Origin: an uncultured delta proteobacterium
GTDB taxonomy: Bacteria; Desulfobacterota; Desulfobacteria; Desulfobacterales; UBA2156
Assembly (NCBI GenBank): GCA_963736855.1
Contig: CAVTQK010000017.1
Coordinates: 128,001-192,000, forward strand
Direction: 5' to 3'
Length of the DNA: 64,000 nucleotides
The notes below the pieces were generated by a model. That model saw only the letters and a list, made by a program, of their open reading frames with translations. It was not told where the DNA came from and did not search any database. This document shows positions 1 to 11,940 of this stretch, piece after piece (within the stretch, counting starts at the first letter, position 1; every line of letters begins with the position of its first letter). Made by a program: the position numbers and the translations under genes.

Positions 1-1332
1 GGACAACTGGGCCTCCCGGATTCTTCCCAGGATTTTTTTCATGATCGGGGACGGCGCCAGATCGAATTCCCGGATAAGATCGAAACCGGTAATAAGGGGA
101 ACCTGCCTTTTTATTTCCATATAATCCTCAAAATATTCGTAAACCAGGTCCCGGGCAAAGGAAAGGAAGGCCTCGTTTCGCGGATCGGGGACGTCGCTTT
201 TGCCTTGGATATCCGCCATGGCATGCAGCAGAAGCGCCGGAGTATAGTCGCCGCATCGTAAAAAGAAACGGGTTTTGATCCGCCTGGAGAAGCCGGGATT
301 TCTGCAGGCAAGGAACAGAAAAAGAGGCCTGACGTGGTTTCGGATGATAAAAACCGCTTCTTCGGTGTCGGCATTTGAAAACCGCAATCGCCGGCAGATA
401 TCGGCAGCCATTTGGGCACCGGTTTTTTCATGTCCGTAAAAATGGATCTTTCCTTCCGGCCCTGCGGATCTTACGACCGGCTTCCCGATATCGTGCAGAA
501 GGATGGCCCATTTCAACAATGCAAAGGACTTCTCATGGAAGCTTTTCCGGATTTGGGATGCTGCTTTGGGGAAAAACGTTTCCAGATTCTCCTGGAGACG
601 TTCCATGTGAGACAGGGCTTTAAAGGTATGCTCAAAGACATTGAAGGCATGATATCGGTTCTGGGTACAGCCGGTTGTCTCTTTCAGCTCGGGCAGGATA
701 TGGAAAAGCAGTTCCGAACGAGCCATTTGGGATATGGTTTCAGAGATATTCGACACACTAAAAATCCGCATCAATTCTCCTGTGATGCGTTCCGGAGTGG
801 ATTCCCGGATGCGATGGCTTTCCATCCGGATTTTAGAGTCTGTATCGGGGTCCATCCGGATACCGTAAACGGCGCAAATCCGGTAGGCTCGTACCAGCCG
901 CACCGGGTCTTTTTCAAAAACATTTTCGGAGACGATCGTCAGCTTCTTTGCGGCAAGATCGGCTCTTCCATCGAAAGGATCGATGAAGGTTTTTGAATCC
1001 AGAGCGTATGCCATGGCATTGATGGTGAAATCTCTTTCCTGCAGATCCGCCTCGATGGAGGTTCCTCTAACGGCGGTGACGTCAAATACCATTTCGGGCC
1101 CTACGATGCGGAAAAGGGCCTGGCCCGGTTTTCCAAGCCTCACCAGCCGTCCTCCGATCCGGTTGGAAAGTCGACGCGCAAATAGATCTGGATTTTTGGA
1201 CACGGCGATGTCATAATCAATACAATAGAGACCAAGGAGAAGATTCCGTATCGAACCGCCCACCAGATAGACCCCTTCGGTTTGCGGGAGTAAGGCTTCA
1301 TCGAAAGGTATTTGTAGACCTTCAATTTTCAT
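1..1332 (-). CDS. Class II tRNA nucleotidyltransferase (CCA/poly(A) polymerase family) with HD domain; runs off the window start; probably CC-adding type
   Basis: Hand translation from ATG at 1332: YLVGGSIRNLLLG...DYDIAV, DLQERDFTINAMAY, KDPVRLVRAYR, QNRYHAFNVFEH, LLHDIGKP. Absent from the ORF track, consistent with no stop inside the window. Confidence 0.85.
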   Translation of the reverse strand, partial: MKIEGLQIPFDEALLPQTEGVYLVGGSIRNLLLGLYCIDYDIAVSKNPDLFARRLSNRIGGRLVRLGKPGQALFRIVGPEMVFDVTAVRGTSIEADLQERDFTINAMAYALDSKTFIDPFDGRADLAAKKLTIVSENVFEKDPVRLVRAYRICAVYGIRMDPDTDSKIRMESHRIRESTPERITGELMRIFSVSNISETISQMARSELLFHILPELKETTGCTQNRYHAFNVFEHTFKALSHMERLQENLETFFPKAASQIRKSFHEKSFALLKWAILLHDIGKPVVRSAGPEGKIHFYGHEKTGAQMAADICRRLRFSNADTEEAVFIIRNHVRPLFLFLACRNPGFSRRIKTRFFLRCGDYTPALLLHAMADIQGKSDVPDPRNEAFLSFARDLVYEYFEDYMEIKRQVPLITGFDLIREFDLAPSPIMKKILGRIREAQLS

Positions 1333-1433
1333 ATTTAACCCGTTTGGAGATCGGGGAAAAGCCCTCGCCGTTGGAAGAATAAATTTATTTCAAAGGGTCA
1401 AGGATTATAACCTGAACAGATGAAAGCACATTA

Positions 1434-2105
1434 GTGCATCGAACTCGCCAAAACAAGTTACAAAAACCAAACGGCAGAGGCAAACCTTTTCAGGTGGCCG
1501 TTACCGGCAGTGCGGGTACGGGCAAATCCATGGTGTGCCGGCGCTTTGAACGTCTGGGCGTCCCGGTGATCGACTTGGATGGTTTGGCCCGCAAGGCCGT
1601 TTCACCCTCTGGGACGGCCCTCAAAAAGATCGTCAAACACTTCGGTCAAAAGGTCCTTAATCCGGATGGAACCCTCAACCGAAGAGCCCTTCGCCAGAAA
1701 GTCGTCCGGGACGATTCTGACCGGCGCATTCTGGAAGAAATCCTCCATCCGGAAATCGGTCATCTTTTAAAAGCCCAGGTTTCAGGGATGGATTCCGATA
1801 AGGCCCCTTTTGTGGTTGTGGAAGTCCCCCTCCTTTTTGAATCCAAAATGGAAGATGCTTTTGACGCCGTGATCCTAGTCATGGCCGGGGAGAGACTTCA
1901 AAAAAAACGATTGTCCAAAAGGGATGCCGTATCTGAAAAGGAGGCCGAGTTACTCCTGAAGACCCAGATTTCCGATGAAAGAAAGATTGACCGATCCGAT
2001 TTCGTAATTATCAATACAGATAGCATTAAGAAACTCCATTGCTCGGTGGACCATATTTTTTTTATTTTGAATAAAAAATATTCCAAAGATACCGAAATCA
2101 CTTGA
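1434..2105 (+). CDS. coaE: Dephospho-CoA kinase
   Basis: VAVTGSAGTGKS P-loop, LEEILHPEI, VEVPLLFE; exact start uncertain. Confidence 0.9.
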   Translation: MHRTRQNKLQKPNGRGKPFQVAVTGSAGTGKSMVCRRFERLGVPVIDLDGLARKAVSPSGTALKKIVKHFGQKVLNPDGTLNRRALRQKVVRDDSDRRILEEILHPEIGHLLKAQVSGMDSDKAPFVVVEVPLLFESKMEDAFDAVILVMAGERLQKKRLSKRDAVSEKEAELLLKTQISDERKIDRSDFVIINTDSIKKLHCSVDHIFFILNKKYSKDTEIT

Positions 2106-2439
2106 CAGGCTTGAAATCATCGGATAGGGAAAGACCAAAATAAGGCAACAATCCCGCCTTTGGATAATAACATTTTCGGTAAAATACTTCGGTTTTAGGC
2201 AATCATAAAGTACAAAGCCCCTCAGTCTATACTGCAATGGAATCTGTTCCATTCGTTTTAGTCAAGAAAGCAATTTTTTCGGCAGGATATTCGGTTTCGC
2301 TGCGTCCATGGCCTTATTCAGAGATTGCCTTTGATTGAAGCAGGGGCCTTCAGTCGCGTATCCGCATCGCACCCGTTAAGACGATAATGCCCGTAAACCG
2401 GGACCCATGATAAACATGATATAAGTGAGGTCGTGCCGT

Positions 2440-3687
2440 ATGAACATTTCGGAGCTAAAAGACAAAAAAATCAGCGAATTGGCACAGTTAGCCAAGGAAT
2501 ACAACATTCCCGGCGTGGGGGGAATGCGTAAGCATGATCTGATTTTCGGCCTGATTCAGGCGCAGGTAGAGAAGAATGGATCGATTTATGGTGAAGGGAC
2601 CCTCGAGATTCTGCCGGACGGGTTCGGCTTTTTGCGGGCGCCCGATTCCAATTACCTGCCGGGACCGGATGACATTTACGTCTCCCCTTCCCAGATCCGC
2701 AGGTTCAACTTGAGGACCGGGGATACGGTATCCGGACAGATCCGGCAGCCCAAGGAATCGGAACGCTACTTCGCCCTCCTCAAGGTGGAATCCATTAATT
2801 TCGAGGATCCGGAGGCATCCCGGGAAAAGATCCTGTTTGACAACCTCACACCCCTGTATCCCAACCGGAAGATCAATCTGGAGGTCGATGCCGAGAATTA
2901 CTCCATGCGGATCATGGATTTGTTGACACCCATCGGCTTCGGTCAGCGAGGGCTCATTGTCTCGCCCCCCAGGTCCGGAAAAACCATGCTTCTGCAAAAC
3001 ATCGCCAACAGCATTACCAGCAACCACAAAAATATCTTTTTGATCGTGTTGCTCATTGACGAGCGGCCGGAAGAAGTGACCGACATGCAGCGTTCCGTGG
3101 ACGGCGAGGTCATCAGTTCCACCTTCGACGAACCTGCGGAACGGCATGTTCAGGTGGCGGAGATGGTGATCGAGAAAGCCAAACGGCTGGTGGAGCACAA
3201 GAAGGATGTGGTGATCCTTTTGGACAGCATTACCCGCTTGGCGCGTGCATACAACTCGGTAGTGCCGCCTTCCGGTAAGATCCTCTCCGGCGGTGTGGAT
3301 TCCAATGCTCTCCAAAGACCGAAGCGGTTCTTCGGAGCGGCAAGAAACATCGAAGAAGGCGGGAGCCTCACCATCATTGCCACGGCTCTCATAGACACCG
3401 GCAGTCGCATGGACGAAGTGATCTTTGAAGAGTTCAAGGGGACTGGAAATCTGGAGTTGCAGCTGGATCGGCGGATTTCGGATCGGCGAATTTTCCCCGC
3501 CATCGACATCAACAGATCCGGGACCCGCAAAGAGGAACTCCTCCTGGATTCCGGGACGTTGAACCGGGTCTGGATACTCCGGAAGCTCCTTTCCTCCCTC
3601 AACCCGGTAGATGCTCTTGAATTTTTGCTTGAAAAAATGCGCGGAACGGAAAATAATAAAGCATTTATGGCTGCCATGAATTCGTAA
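2440..3687 (+). CDS. rho: Transcription termination factor Rho
   Basis: [43 protein letters not shown]. Confidence 0.98.
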   Translation: MNISELKDKKISELAQLAKEYNIPGVGGMRKHDLIFGLIQAQVEKNGSIYGEGTLEILPDGFGFLRAPDSNYLPGPDDIYVSPSQIRRFNLRTGDTVSGQIRQPKESERYFALLKVESINFEDPEASREKILFDNLTPLYPNRKINLEVDAENYSMRIMDLLTPIGFGQRGLIVSPPRSGKTMLLQNIANSITSNHKNIFLIVLLIDERPEEVTDMQRSVDGEVISSTFDEPAERHVQVAEMVIEKAKRLVEHKKDVVILLDSITRLARAYNSVVPPSGKILSGGVDSNALQRPKRFFGAARNIEEGGSLTIIATALIDTGSRMDEVIFEEFKGTGNLELQLDRRISDRRIFPAIDINRSGTRKEELLLDSGTLNRVWILRKLLSSLNPVDALEFLLEKMRGTENNKAFMAAMNS

Positions 3688-3704
3688 TTCTTAAAAAGGA
3701 AGGT

Positions 3705-3935
3705 ATGAAAGAGATGAAAGAGGGTATCCATCCCCAGTATTTCAAAACAAGAGTGACTTGCGCCTGTGGAAACACATTTGAGATCGGCTCCACCAAGTCG
3801 GAAATCCGTGTGGAAATCTGTTCTAAGTGCCACCCTTTTTTCACCGGGAAGCAGAAGCTGGTAGACTCCGCCGGTCGGATCGAGCGGTTCAAAAAAAAAT
3901 ACTCGAAATTCAAGGAATTGCAGAAACAAGCCTGA
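3705..3935 (+). CDS. rpmE: 50S ribosomal protein L31 (zinc-binding form)
   Basis: [24 protein letters not shown]. Confidence 0.97.
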   Translation: MKEMKEGIHPQYFKTRVTCACGNTFEIGSTKSEIRVEICSKCHPFFTGKQKLVDSAGRIERFKKKYSKFKELQKQA

Positions 3936-4004
3936 CAGAATTTTTTCACCTTTTTATCTCCCAGGACCACATCAAGCCTCTGAAGGTCGACCCATCAAGG
4001 AATC

Positions 4005-5105
4005 ATGTTAGAGAAGCTCCAAGGGGTTGAAGAACGTTTTTTAGCCATCGAGAAACAGATGAGCGATCCGGTCATCGTCCGCGACCGGGAGCATTACCAG
4101 AATTATGTCCGGGAGCACGCGGAACTGAATAAGATCGTCACCCTCTACCGCGAATACACCAAAACGATCAAGGACATCGAGAACAGCACCGGCCTGTTTA
4201 ATGAAGACGATCCGGAGATCCGGGAACTTGCCCGGGACGATATCGAAAGGCTGAATACCCGGAAGGCAGACCTTGAGAGCCGGCTCAAACATCTGTTGAT
4301 CCCGAAAGACGCCAAAGACGAAAAGAATGTCATCATGGAAATCCGAGCCGGGACCGGCGGTGAAGAGGCGGCGCTTTTTGCGGGGGATCTGTTTCGGATG
4401 TATAGCCGGTACGCTGAAAATCAGGGTTGGAAAGTCGAAGTGCTGAGCCATCATCCTACCGGCACCGGGGGTCTGAAAGAAGTCATCTCCCTGATCCAGG
4501 GAAGAGGGGCCTACAGCCGATTGAAATTCGAAAGCGGCACGCACCGGGTCCAACGAGTTCCTGAAACAGAGGCCCAAGGCCGGATTCATACATCCGCCGT
4601 GACCGTCGCCGTTCTTCCCGAAGCCGAAGAGGTGGAAGTTACCATTGATCCAAACGACCTCCGGGTGGACGTTTATCGTTCCGGCGGCCCCGGGGGGCAG
4701 TCGGTGAACACCACCGATTCGGCGGTGCGGATCACGCATCTTCCTACGGGATTGGTGGTCATCTGCCAGGATGAAAAATCCCAACTGAAAAACAAGAATA
4801 AGGCTTTGAAAGTCCTCAGAGCACGACTCCTGGATCAGATGATCCGGGAACAAAGCGAAAAGATTTCCGAAGAGCGGAAAAGTCAGGTCGGAAGCGGCGA
4901 CCGCAGCGAACGGATCCGGACCTATAATTTCCCTCAGGGGCGGGTAACGGACCATCGGATCGGATTGACCCTTTACAGACTGGAGAGCATCCTGCAAGGG
5001 GGAGTCGATCTTTTGATCGAAGAACTAATGACCTTCTATCAGGCCCAGGCCCTGAAGGGAGAAAAAGGGTCGAGGGTTCAAGGGATCGAGGCTTCTATGG
5101 ATTAA
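4005..5105 (+). CDS. prfA: Peptide chain release factor 1
   Basis: [22 protein letters not shown] (PxT), GGQ motif. Confidence 0.97.
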   Translation: MLEKLQGVEERFLAIEKQMSDPVIVRDREHYQNYVREHAELNKIVTLYREYTKTIKDIENSTGLFNEDDPEIRELARDDIERLNTRKADLESRLKHLLIPKDAKDEKNVIMEIRAGTGGEEAALFAGDLFRMYSRYAENQGWKVEVLSHHPTGTGGLKEVISLIQGRGAYSRLKFESGTHRVQRVPETEAQGRIHTSAVTVAVLPEAEEVEVTIDPNDLRVDVYRSGGPGGQSVNTTDSAVRITHLPTGLVVICQDEKSQLKNKNKALKVLRARLLDQMIREQSEKISEERKSQVGSGDRSERIRTYNFPQGRVTDHRIGLTLYRLESILQGGVDLLIEELMTFYQAQALKGEKGSRVQGIEASMD

Positions 5106-5249
5106 GAAGGTTACGGATTCCGAGGGATCCGCTCCTTGTTCCGTCGTTTCAACTCCAACGGAATGCGTATTTTCCGCTTCGTTGTGGCGGGAATGCAGCG
5201 TCTTAAATCTCCACACCGACATCCGATGATTTCCCCAAAATACTCAATC

Positions 5250-6146
5250 ATGACCGAGAACCTATCGAATACCGTAACCTGGACGGTGCACGCCCTCCTG
5301 AATCGGACGAGCGTTTTCTTTAAGGAAGGCCTAATCGAAAGCCCGAGGGCTTCCGCTGAAATCCTTCTATCCCACATACTGGGATTGGAGCGGATTGATC
5401 TTTACGTGCGTTATGACCAGCCGGTGACCGCCGATGAACTGGCGCGGTTCAAGGAGGCCGTTTCTAGAAGGGCAGGCGGAGAACCGGCAGCTTACATAGT
5501 CGGATCCAAGGAGTTTTATGGGATGGACTTTTCTGTAAGCCGGGATGTGCTGATTCCCAGACCCGAGACAGAACATCTGGTGGATGCTGCCTTGAAATGG
5601 CTCTCGGGTCCGGGAGATGAGATCGGTCAAGGGGCACGTGTCCTGGATTTGGGAACCGGTAGCGGCGCCATTGCCATCGCCCTGGCCGTGCATACGCAAA
5701 AAGCCAGTGTTTTTGCATCCGATGTTTCATTGCCGACGCTTCGGGTGGCCCGGCAAAACGCAGAAAATCAAGGGGTTAAAGATCGGATTCAATTTGTTTG
5801 CGGAGACTGGTTTTTGCCGTTCAGAGAAACCGGAGAATCGTTCGATGCGATCGTTTCAAACCCGCCCTATGTGCGCTCGGTGGTTATGGAGAAGCTGCAA
5901 CCGGAAATCGGTTATGAACCCCGGCGCGCCCTCGACGGGGGCGCCGACGGCCTGGAGGCGGTTCGTCTCATCCTTCTTCAGGCGCATGCCTCCCTGAAGC
6001 CCGGCGGCGTATTGCTCGTGGAAATCGGATTCGATCAGAGAACCGATGTCAAGACGTTGGCTAAAGAAAGCGGGAAGTACAATGACCCGCTTTTCATCAG
6101 GGACTACAACGGGTGGGACCGGATCGTTTTTTTAGAAAAGCGGTAA
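5250..6146 (+). CDS. prmC: Release factor glutamine methyltransferase
   Basis: [24 protein letters not shown]; follows prfA; start placed at ATG 5250. Confidence 0.93.
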   Translation: MTENLSNTVTWTVHALLNRTSVFFKEGLIESPRASAEILLSHILGLERIDLYVRYDQPVTADELARFKEAVSRRAGGEPAAYIVGSKEFYGMDFSVSRDVLIPRPETEHLVDAALKWLSGPGDEIGQGARVLDLGTGSGAIAIALAVHTQKASVFASDVSLPTLRVARQNAENQGVKDRIQFVCGDWFLPFRETGESFDAIVSNPPYVRSVVMEKLQPEIGYEPRRALDGGADGLEAVRLILLQAHASLKPGGVLLVEIGFDQRTDVKTLAKESGKYNDPLFIRDYNGWDRIVFLEKR

Positions 6147-6211
6147 AGAAAAAAACAATACAAAAAATTTATTGCAAAAAAAGCGATGTTTTATTATACA
6201 TATCTGTTTTA

Positions 6212-6315
6212 AGCACACACGCCGGTGGACCCGCTCTCCGGGTGCTTCCCAAGGGGGAAGTGGAAGGTGGGGTGGAGACCGGCGAAGGAAAAACCAAAGC
6301 GAAAAGGAGAAACTC
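6212..6315 (+). promoter_or_regulatory. rpsB 5' leader (t44/S2 autoregulatory-type RNA)
   Basis: CACACACGCCGG...GGTGC...GGAGACCGGCG pairing pattern upstream of rpsB; TTGCAA-N17-TATACA at 6172-6200. Confidence 0.6.
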
Positions 6316-7215
6316 ATGGCGTACGTAACGATGAAGGAACTCTTGGAAGCGGGGGTCCATTTCGGTCATCAGACCAAACGGTGGAACCCCAAGATGAAGC
6401 CGTATATCTTCGGTTCCAGAAACGGCATTTATATTATCGATCTCCAAAAAACCGTTCACATGTTCAAGCCCGCCTACGATTTCGTAGTGGACACCGTTTC
6501 CGAAGGCCGCTCCGTGCTTTTCGTGGGGACCAAGAAGCAATCGCGGGAGGCCATCTACGAAGAGGCCAACCGGTGTGAGATGTTCTATGTGCATAACCGG
6601 TGGCTTGGAGGGATGCTCACGAACTTTCAAACCATCAAACAAGGCATTGAGCGTCTCAACCACCTCAACACCATCATCAACGACGGATCCATAAATCTGT
6701 TCCCCAAAAAAGAGCGGTTGAAGCTTGAGAAGGAAAGGGTGAAATTGGATAGCAACCTGGGGGGGATCCAGAAAATGACCACCCTTCCCGGCGCTATTTT
6801 CGTCGTGGACACGAAGAACGAGGCCATCGCCGTGAGGGAAGGGAGGCGCCTGGGAATCCCCATCGTTGCCGTCGTTGATACCAACTGCGACCCGGATGAA
6901 GTCGATTACATTATTCCCGGAAACGATGATGCCATTCGGGCCATCCGGCTGATCACTTCCCGTATCGCCGATGCCTGCATCGAGGGCAGGGCCAAACACC
7001 AGGAAAAGGTTCATGCCCAGGCGGACAAGGCCGATATGGACAAACCAGAAATTCCGGCAGCCGTGGACTTGAAGCCCGGTGAACGGAAGATCATCTCTAA
7101 CGGAACCGACGGGCCGGTGATCGAGATCATCAAGCGTACCACCGGAAAGCCCATTGCGGAGTCGGAAGAAGATGAAAACCAGGAAAGCGACGAGTCATAC
7201 GAAACAGGAGAATAA
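6316..7215 (+). CDS. rpsB: 30S ribosomal protein S2
   Basis: [38 protein letters not shown]. Confidence 0.98.
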   Translation: MAYVTMKELLEAGVHFGHQTKRWNPKMKPYIFGSRNGIYIIDLQKTVHMFKPAYDFVVDTVSEGRSVLFVGTKKQSREAIYEEANRCEMFYVHNRWLGGMLTNFQTIKQGIERLNHLNTIINDGSINLFPKKERLKLEKERVKLDSNLGGIQKMTTLPGAIFVVDTKNEAIAVREGRRLGIPIVAVVDTNCDPDEVDYIIPGNDDAIRAIRLITSRIADACIEGRAKHQEKVHAQADKADMDKPEIPAAVDLKPGERKIISNGTDGPVIEIIKRTTGKPIAESEEDENQESDESYETGE

Positions 7216-7217
7216 TC

Positions 7218-7817
7218 ATGTCAACCATCAGCGCGACAATGGTCAAGGAACTCCGGGAGATGACCGGTGCAGGAATGATGGATTGCAAGGAAGCCCTCAG
7301 CCAAACCGGGGGTGACCAGAAAAAAGCCATCGATTTTTTACGGAAGAAAGGGCTGGCTACGGCCCAAAAAAGGGCCGGGAGGGCGACGTCAGCCGGTGTA
7401 ATTTATTCCTACATTCACATGGGCGGGAAGATCGGCGTCATGGTGGAGGTCAACTGTGAAACCGATTTCGTGGCTAAAAACGACTCGTTCCAGGAATTTG
7501 CCAAGAACATCGCCATGCACATCGCTGCCGCCAATCCGGTGAGCATCCGGCCTGAGGAAGTTCCGGAGGAGATCATCGCTAAAGAAAAGGAAATCTATAA
7601 AGCTCAGGCGGCGGAACTGGGAAAACCGGCCCAGGTGGCGGAAAAGATCGCCGAAGGGAAACTCAACAAATTCTTCAAGGACAATTGTCTGTTGACTCAA
7701 CCGTATGTGCGGGACCCGAACCTGACCATATCGGATGTCCTCAATGAACTGATCGGAAAAATCGGGGAAAACATCACCGTTAAAAGATACGCCCGGTACC
7801 AGCTCGGAGAAGAATAA
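7218..7817 (+). CDS. tsf: Elongation factor Ts (short 199-aa form)
   Basis: [26 protein letters not shown]. Confidence 0.97.
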   Translation: MSTISATMVKELREMTGAGMMDCKEALSQTGGDQKKAIDFLRKKGLATAQKRAGRATSAGVIYSYIHMGGKIGVMVEVNCETDFVAKNDSFQEFAKNIAMHIAAANPVSIRPEEVPEEIIAKEKEIYKAQAAELGKPAQVAEKIAEGKLNKFFKDNCLLTQPYVRDPNLTISDVLNELIGKIGENITVKRYARYQLGEE

Positions 7818-7821
7818 GTCG

Positions 7822-8535
7822 ATGGCAATGCCGCACTATAAACGCCTCGTGCTCAAGCTAAGCGGCGAGGCTTTAATGGGAGAGCAGGGGTTCGGGATCA
7901 GCCCGGAAATGCTGACTTACGTGGCCGACGAAGTGCGTTCCATCTTCGACCTGGGAGTGGAAATCGCCCTGGTTGTCGGGGGTGGAAATTTTTTAAGGGG
8001 CAACGTCGCAAGCGCACATGGCATGGATCGGGTATCGGCGGATAAAATGGGCATGCTGGCCACGGTCATCAACAGCCTCGCCCTCCAGGACGCCCTGGAA
8101 AAGCGGGGGATTCAAACGCGGGTCCAGACAGCTATCTCCATACCGGAAGTGGCCGAGCCCTTCATCTTGCGACGGGCCATGCGCCACATGGAAAAAGGAA
8201 GGGCGGTCATTTTTGCCGCCGGTACCGGAAACCCTTATTTTACTACGGATACCGCGGCGGTGCTGAGGGCCAAGGAAATCCATGCCGAGGTACTGCTGAA
8301 GGCCACCAAGGTGGATGGCCTGTATGATGCGGATCCGGCCACCCACAAGGACGCCCGCTTCATCCAGCGGATCACCTATCAGGAGGTTCTGGAGAAACGA
8401 CTCGGCGTCATGGATATGACGGCCATCTCCCTGGCTATGGACAATCGGCTGCCTCTTGTTATTTTTAATCTTAAAGGGAAAGGGAACATCCGTAAGGTGG
8501 TGTGCGGGGAACAGGTGGGGACCCGGATCATCTAA
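7822..8535 (+). CDS. pyrH: UMP kinase
   Basis: [21 protein letters not shown]. Confidence 0.97.
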   Translation: MAMPHYKRLVLKLSGEALMGEQGFGISPEMLTYVADEVRSIFDLGVEIALVVGGGNFLRGNVASAHGMDRVSADKMGMLATVINSLALQDALEKRGIQTRVQTAISIPEVAEPFILRRAMRHMEKGRAVIFAAGTGNPYFTTDTAAVLRAKEIHAEVLLKATKVDGLYDADPATHKDARFIQRITYQEVLEKRLGVMDMTAISLAMDNRLPLVIFNLKGKGNIRKVVCGEQVGTRII

Positions 8536-8615
8536 ACGATTTTCCTTAGCCGATGCTTCCCAAAACCGGGTGCTGAACCGGTTGAAAAAAGAACACTAAA
8601 AGCGGGAGACATACC

Positions 8616-9173
8616 ATGCTGGAAGAAATATTCGAAGAAACGAAAGATCGAATGGGCAAAACGCATGTCGCCCTCAAGAATGAGTTGATGCGGATCCGGA
8701 CCGGACGAGCTTCCCTTTCCCTTTTGGACGGGATTCGGGTCGATTATTACGGTACCAAGACGCCGCTGAACCAGGTGGCGACGCTTTCGGTTCCGGAAAG
8801 CCGATTGATCACGATTCAGCCATGGGACACCACCGTCATCAAGGAGATCGAAAAGGGCATCCTCAGATCCGACCTGGGGCTCACGCCGACTTCCGATGGC
8901 CGGATCATCCGGATTGCCATCCCTCCCCTCACCGAACAGCGGCGGAAGGAACTCGTCAAGACCGTGTCAAAGCTGTGCGAAGAATACAAGGTAACCATCC
9001 GCAATATCCGTCGGGATTCCAACGAACTGGTGAAAAGCCTGAAAAAAGACGGTGATATTTCCGAAGACGACGCCTTCCGGGCCCAGACAGAGATCCAGAA
9101 GATCACGGACGAACAGATCAAGCAGGTGGACGTCATTTATAAGGAAAAAGAGAAGGAGATCCTTGAATTCTGA
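8616..9173 (+). CDS. frr: Ribosome recycling factor
   Basis: IRTGRA, VDYYG, PPLTEQRRKEL. Confidence 0.97.
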   Translation: MLEEIFEETKDRMGKTHVALKNELMRIRTGRASLSLLDGIRVDYYGTKTPLNQVATLSVPESRLITIQPWDTTVIKEIEKGILRSDLGLTPTSDGRIIRIAIPPLTEQRRKELVKTVSKLCEEYKVTIRNIRRDSNELVKSLKKDGDISEDDAFRAQTEIQKITDEQIKQVDVIYKEKEKEILEF

Positions 9174-9912
9174 TCCTGCCGTCCCCAATGCTCCTCGGCT
9201 CGATGGTTCGCTTCTTCCCCGGCATGTGGCCATGATCATGGACGGCAATGGCCGTTGGGCCCGAAAAAGGATGCTCAACCGCATCCGGGGGCATGAAAAA
9301 GGGGCCGACACCGTACGCACCGTCGTACGAACCAGCCGGGAACTCGGCATCCCCTATCTGACGCTGTATGCTTTTTCCACGGAGAACTGGGAGCGGCCTG
9401 AAACGGAGATTGCCGCCCTCATGACACTGTTAAAGCGATTTCTAGAGTCAGAACAGCAGGAAATGCTGGAAAACGGTATCCGTCTCAACGCCATTGGACA
9501 GATCGATCATCTTCCCGCCGATGTCCGTTCGACTCTGGAAAAAGCCATGACGACCACCCAGCATAACACGGGAATGATTCTCAATCTGGCTTTAAGCTAC
9601 GGGGGGAGAGCGGAGATCGTCAGAGCGGTCCGCGGCATCGTTTCAAAGGTTCAAAAAAACGAACTTGACCCGGAACAAATCACGGACGATTTCATCGGCG
9701 ATCATCTTTACACCCGGGGGATGCCGGATCCGGACCTTTTAATCCGAACCGGCGGCGAGATGCGGGTGAGCAATTTCCTCCTCTGGCAAATCGCCTACAC
9801 CGAGATTTTCGTTACGTCCACATTGTGGCCGGACTTTTCAAAAGAAGAATACATCGCCATACTCAGGGATTTTCAAAAGCGGGAGCGGCGCTTTGGTAAG
9901 ACAGGCGCCTGA
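9163..9912 (+). CDS. uppS: Undecaprenyl-diphosphate synthase
   Basis: HVAMIMDGNGRWA, YAFSTENW, RVSNFLLWQ; TTG start after AAGGAG. Confidence 0.95.
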   Translation: MNSDPAVPNAPRLDGSLLPRHVAMIMDGNGRWARKRMLNRIRGHEKGADTVRTVVRTSRELGIPYLTLYAFSTENWERPETEIAALMTLLKRFLESEQQEMLENGIRLNAIGQIDHLPADVRSTLEKAMTTTQHNTGMILNLALSYGGRAEIVRAVRGIVSKVQKNELDPEQITDDFIGDHLYTRGMPDPDLLIRTGGEMRVSNFLLWQIAYTEIFVTSTLWPDFSKEEYIAILRDFQKRERRFGKTGA

Positions 9913-9924
9913 CGATTTAAAAAA

Positions 9925-10764
9925 ATGCATAAAACGCGCTGGATCACAGGCCTTACGGCTCTTCCATTCCTGGTGGGGTTGATATCCTGGGGCGGCGTTA
10001 CCCTGTTTACGCTTGTGGTTGCCGCCATTTCCATGCTCGGGGTTCATGAGTGTTTCCGACTTTTGTTTTCCGGACATGGATCCCGGGACTCCGAATCCGA
10101 TCCGGGACAGGCAGGTTCGGGCATACCGCTTAGGATCCTGGCCTATGGCGCCGGGCCCTTAATTGTATGTGGGGCTTTTCGGGGAGCGCCGCTGATGATG
10201 ATTTTTTATGCGCTGAACCTGATGGTCGCAGGCTTGATAGTCATGACGCAATTTGACGGCGAAGGCAGTGTGCTGGAACCGGTCTTCAGACAAACCTTCA
10301 CCATGCTTTATGTTCCGGTTTTTCTTGCGTTCCTGGTGCTCATCCGAAACGGCGATAAAGGGGTGGTATGGATCTATTTGATGCTTGCCGTCGTCTTTGC
10401 CGGGGATATCGGCGCGTTTTATGTGGGCACCTATCTCGGAAAGCATAAACTTTGCCCCTCCATCAGCCCGAAGAAGACTATTGAGGGTGGGGTGGGAGGC
10501 TTAGCGTCCAACCTGGTGGTGGGCCTTTTGATTCAAATCATTTTCCTTCCGGAACTGCCCCTGGGTCTGTCCGCTGTCTTTTTTATCACCTTAGGAATCG
10601 TTGCCCAGCTGGGAGACCTCTTCGAGTCGATGCTCAAGCGGGCCGCTAAAGTCAAGGACTCCGGCGGGATTTTCCCGGGCCACGGCGGCCTGTTGGACCG
10701 CATCGACGCCCTGCTGTTTGCGGCGCCCGTTGGGTATCTATTCAAGGAATATCTGCTGCGATGA
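9925..10764 (+). CDS. cdsA: Phosphatidate cytidylyltransferase
   Basis: SPKKTIEG, GDLFESMLKR, KDSG, PGHGGLLDRID. Confidence 0.95.
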   Translation: MHKTRWITGLTALPFLVGLISWGGVTLFTLVVAAISMLGVHECFRLLFSGHGSRDSESDPGQAGSGIPLRILAYGAGPLIVCGAFRGAPLMMIFYALNLMVAGLIVMTQFDGEGSVLEPVFRQTFTMLYVPVFLAFLVLIRNGDKGVVWIYLMLAVVFAGDIGAFYVGTYLGKHKLCPSISPKKTIEGGVGGLASNLVVGLLIQIIFLPELPLGLSAVFFITLGIVAQLGDLFESMLKRAAKVKDSGGIFPGHGGLLDRIDALLFAAPVGYLFKEYLLR

Positions 10765-11930
10765 AGCGCCTTTCCATACTTGGATCCACCGGTTCCATTG
10801 GGACCAACGCATTGTCCATCGTGCGCATGTTTCCGGAACGCTTCAATGTGGTTGCTTTGGCCGCCAAGAACAACGTGGACCGGCTGGCGTCCCAGATCGC
10901 GGAATTTGCGCCCAAGCTGGCTGTGGTCTATGACAAATCGACCGCCCAGAGGTTGAAGAAACAGATCCCGGCCAAATCATCTACGCGAATCGAATGGGGA
11001 GAGGCAGGCTATACGGCGGCTGCGACACACGAGGATGTCGACATGGTGCTTGCGGCCATGGTGGGTGCGGCCGGTCTGATGCCCACGATGGCGGCCATCG
11101 AGGCCGGAAAAGACATCGCCTTGGCCAACAAGGAGACCCTGGTGATGGCCGGCCGCATCGTCATGGGCCTGGCTGCTGAAAAAGGGGTGCGCATTTTCCC
11201 GGTGGACAGCGAACACAGCGCCATTTTCCAGTGCCTTTCGGGCCAGCGGCGGGAAGATCTGGAAAAGATCATCATCACCGCCTCCGGCGGTCCTTTTGTA
11301 CACCGGCCGTTTTCCGAATTTGCGAGCATCCGGCCTGAAGATGCCCTCCATCATCCTACATGGGCCATGGGGAAAAAAATCAGCATCGACTCTTCTACAC
11401 TGATGAACAAGGGGCTCGAGGTACTGGAAGCCCATCACCTTTTCGGAGTCTCCATCGACCGGATCGAGGTGGTAATCCATCCCCAGAGTGTGTTGCACTC
11501 CATGGTTTCCTATCGGGACGGCGCCGTCATGGCCCAGCTTTCCGTGCCGGATATGAAAGGCGCCATCGCCTATGCCCTTTCCTACCCGGAACGACTCCCT
11601 TTGAATCAGCCGTCCTTGTACTTTGATCGTATCGGCGTGCTCAACTTTGAGAAACCGGACACGGAACGATTCCCGTGCCTGGGTTTGGCCTATGCCGCAT
11701 GCAAGGCCGGAGGATCAATGCCGGCGGTTCTCAACGCGGCCAACGAAGTGGCGGTGGAATCTTTTCTTAACGCAAATATCGGGTTCCTGGACATACCGGA
11801 GATCATTCAAAAGACCCTTGCAGAGCATCGGATTGTTTCGGATCCGGAGTTGACGGATATTATTGCGGCGGATCGCTGGGCACGGGAACGGGCAAGAGCA
11901 GAAGTCCAAACCGGTATCAGGAGCTGTTGA
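10761..11930 (+). CDS. dxr: 1-deoxy-D-xylulose 5-phosphate reductoisomerase
   Basis: LGSTGSIG, LANKE, PVDSEH, MGKKISIDS. Confidence 0.97.
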   Translation: MKRLSILGSTGSIGTNALSIVRMFPERFNVVALAAKNNVDRLASQIAEFAPKLAVVYDKSTAQRLKKQIPAKSSTRIEWGEAGYTAAATHEDVDMVLAAMVGAAGLMPTMAAIEAGKDIALANKETLVMAGRIVMGLAAEKGVRIFPVDSEHSAIFQCLSGQRREDLEKIIITASGGPFVHRPFSEFASIRPEDALHHPTWAMGKKISIDSSTLMNKGLEVLEAHHLFGVSIDRIEVVIHPQSVLHSMVSYRDGAVMAQLSVPDMKGAIAYALSYPERLPLNQPSLYFDRIGVLNFEKPDTERFPCLGLAYAACKAGGSMPAVLNAANEVAVESFLNANIGFLDIPEIIQKTLAEHRIVSDPELTDIIAADRWARERARAEVQTGIRSC

Positions 11931-11940
11931 TCGCGGAACC

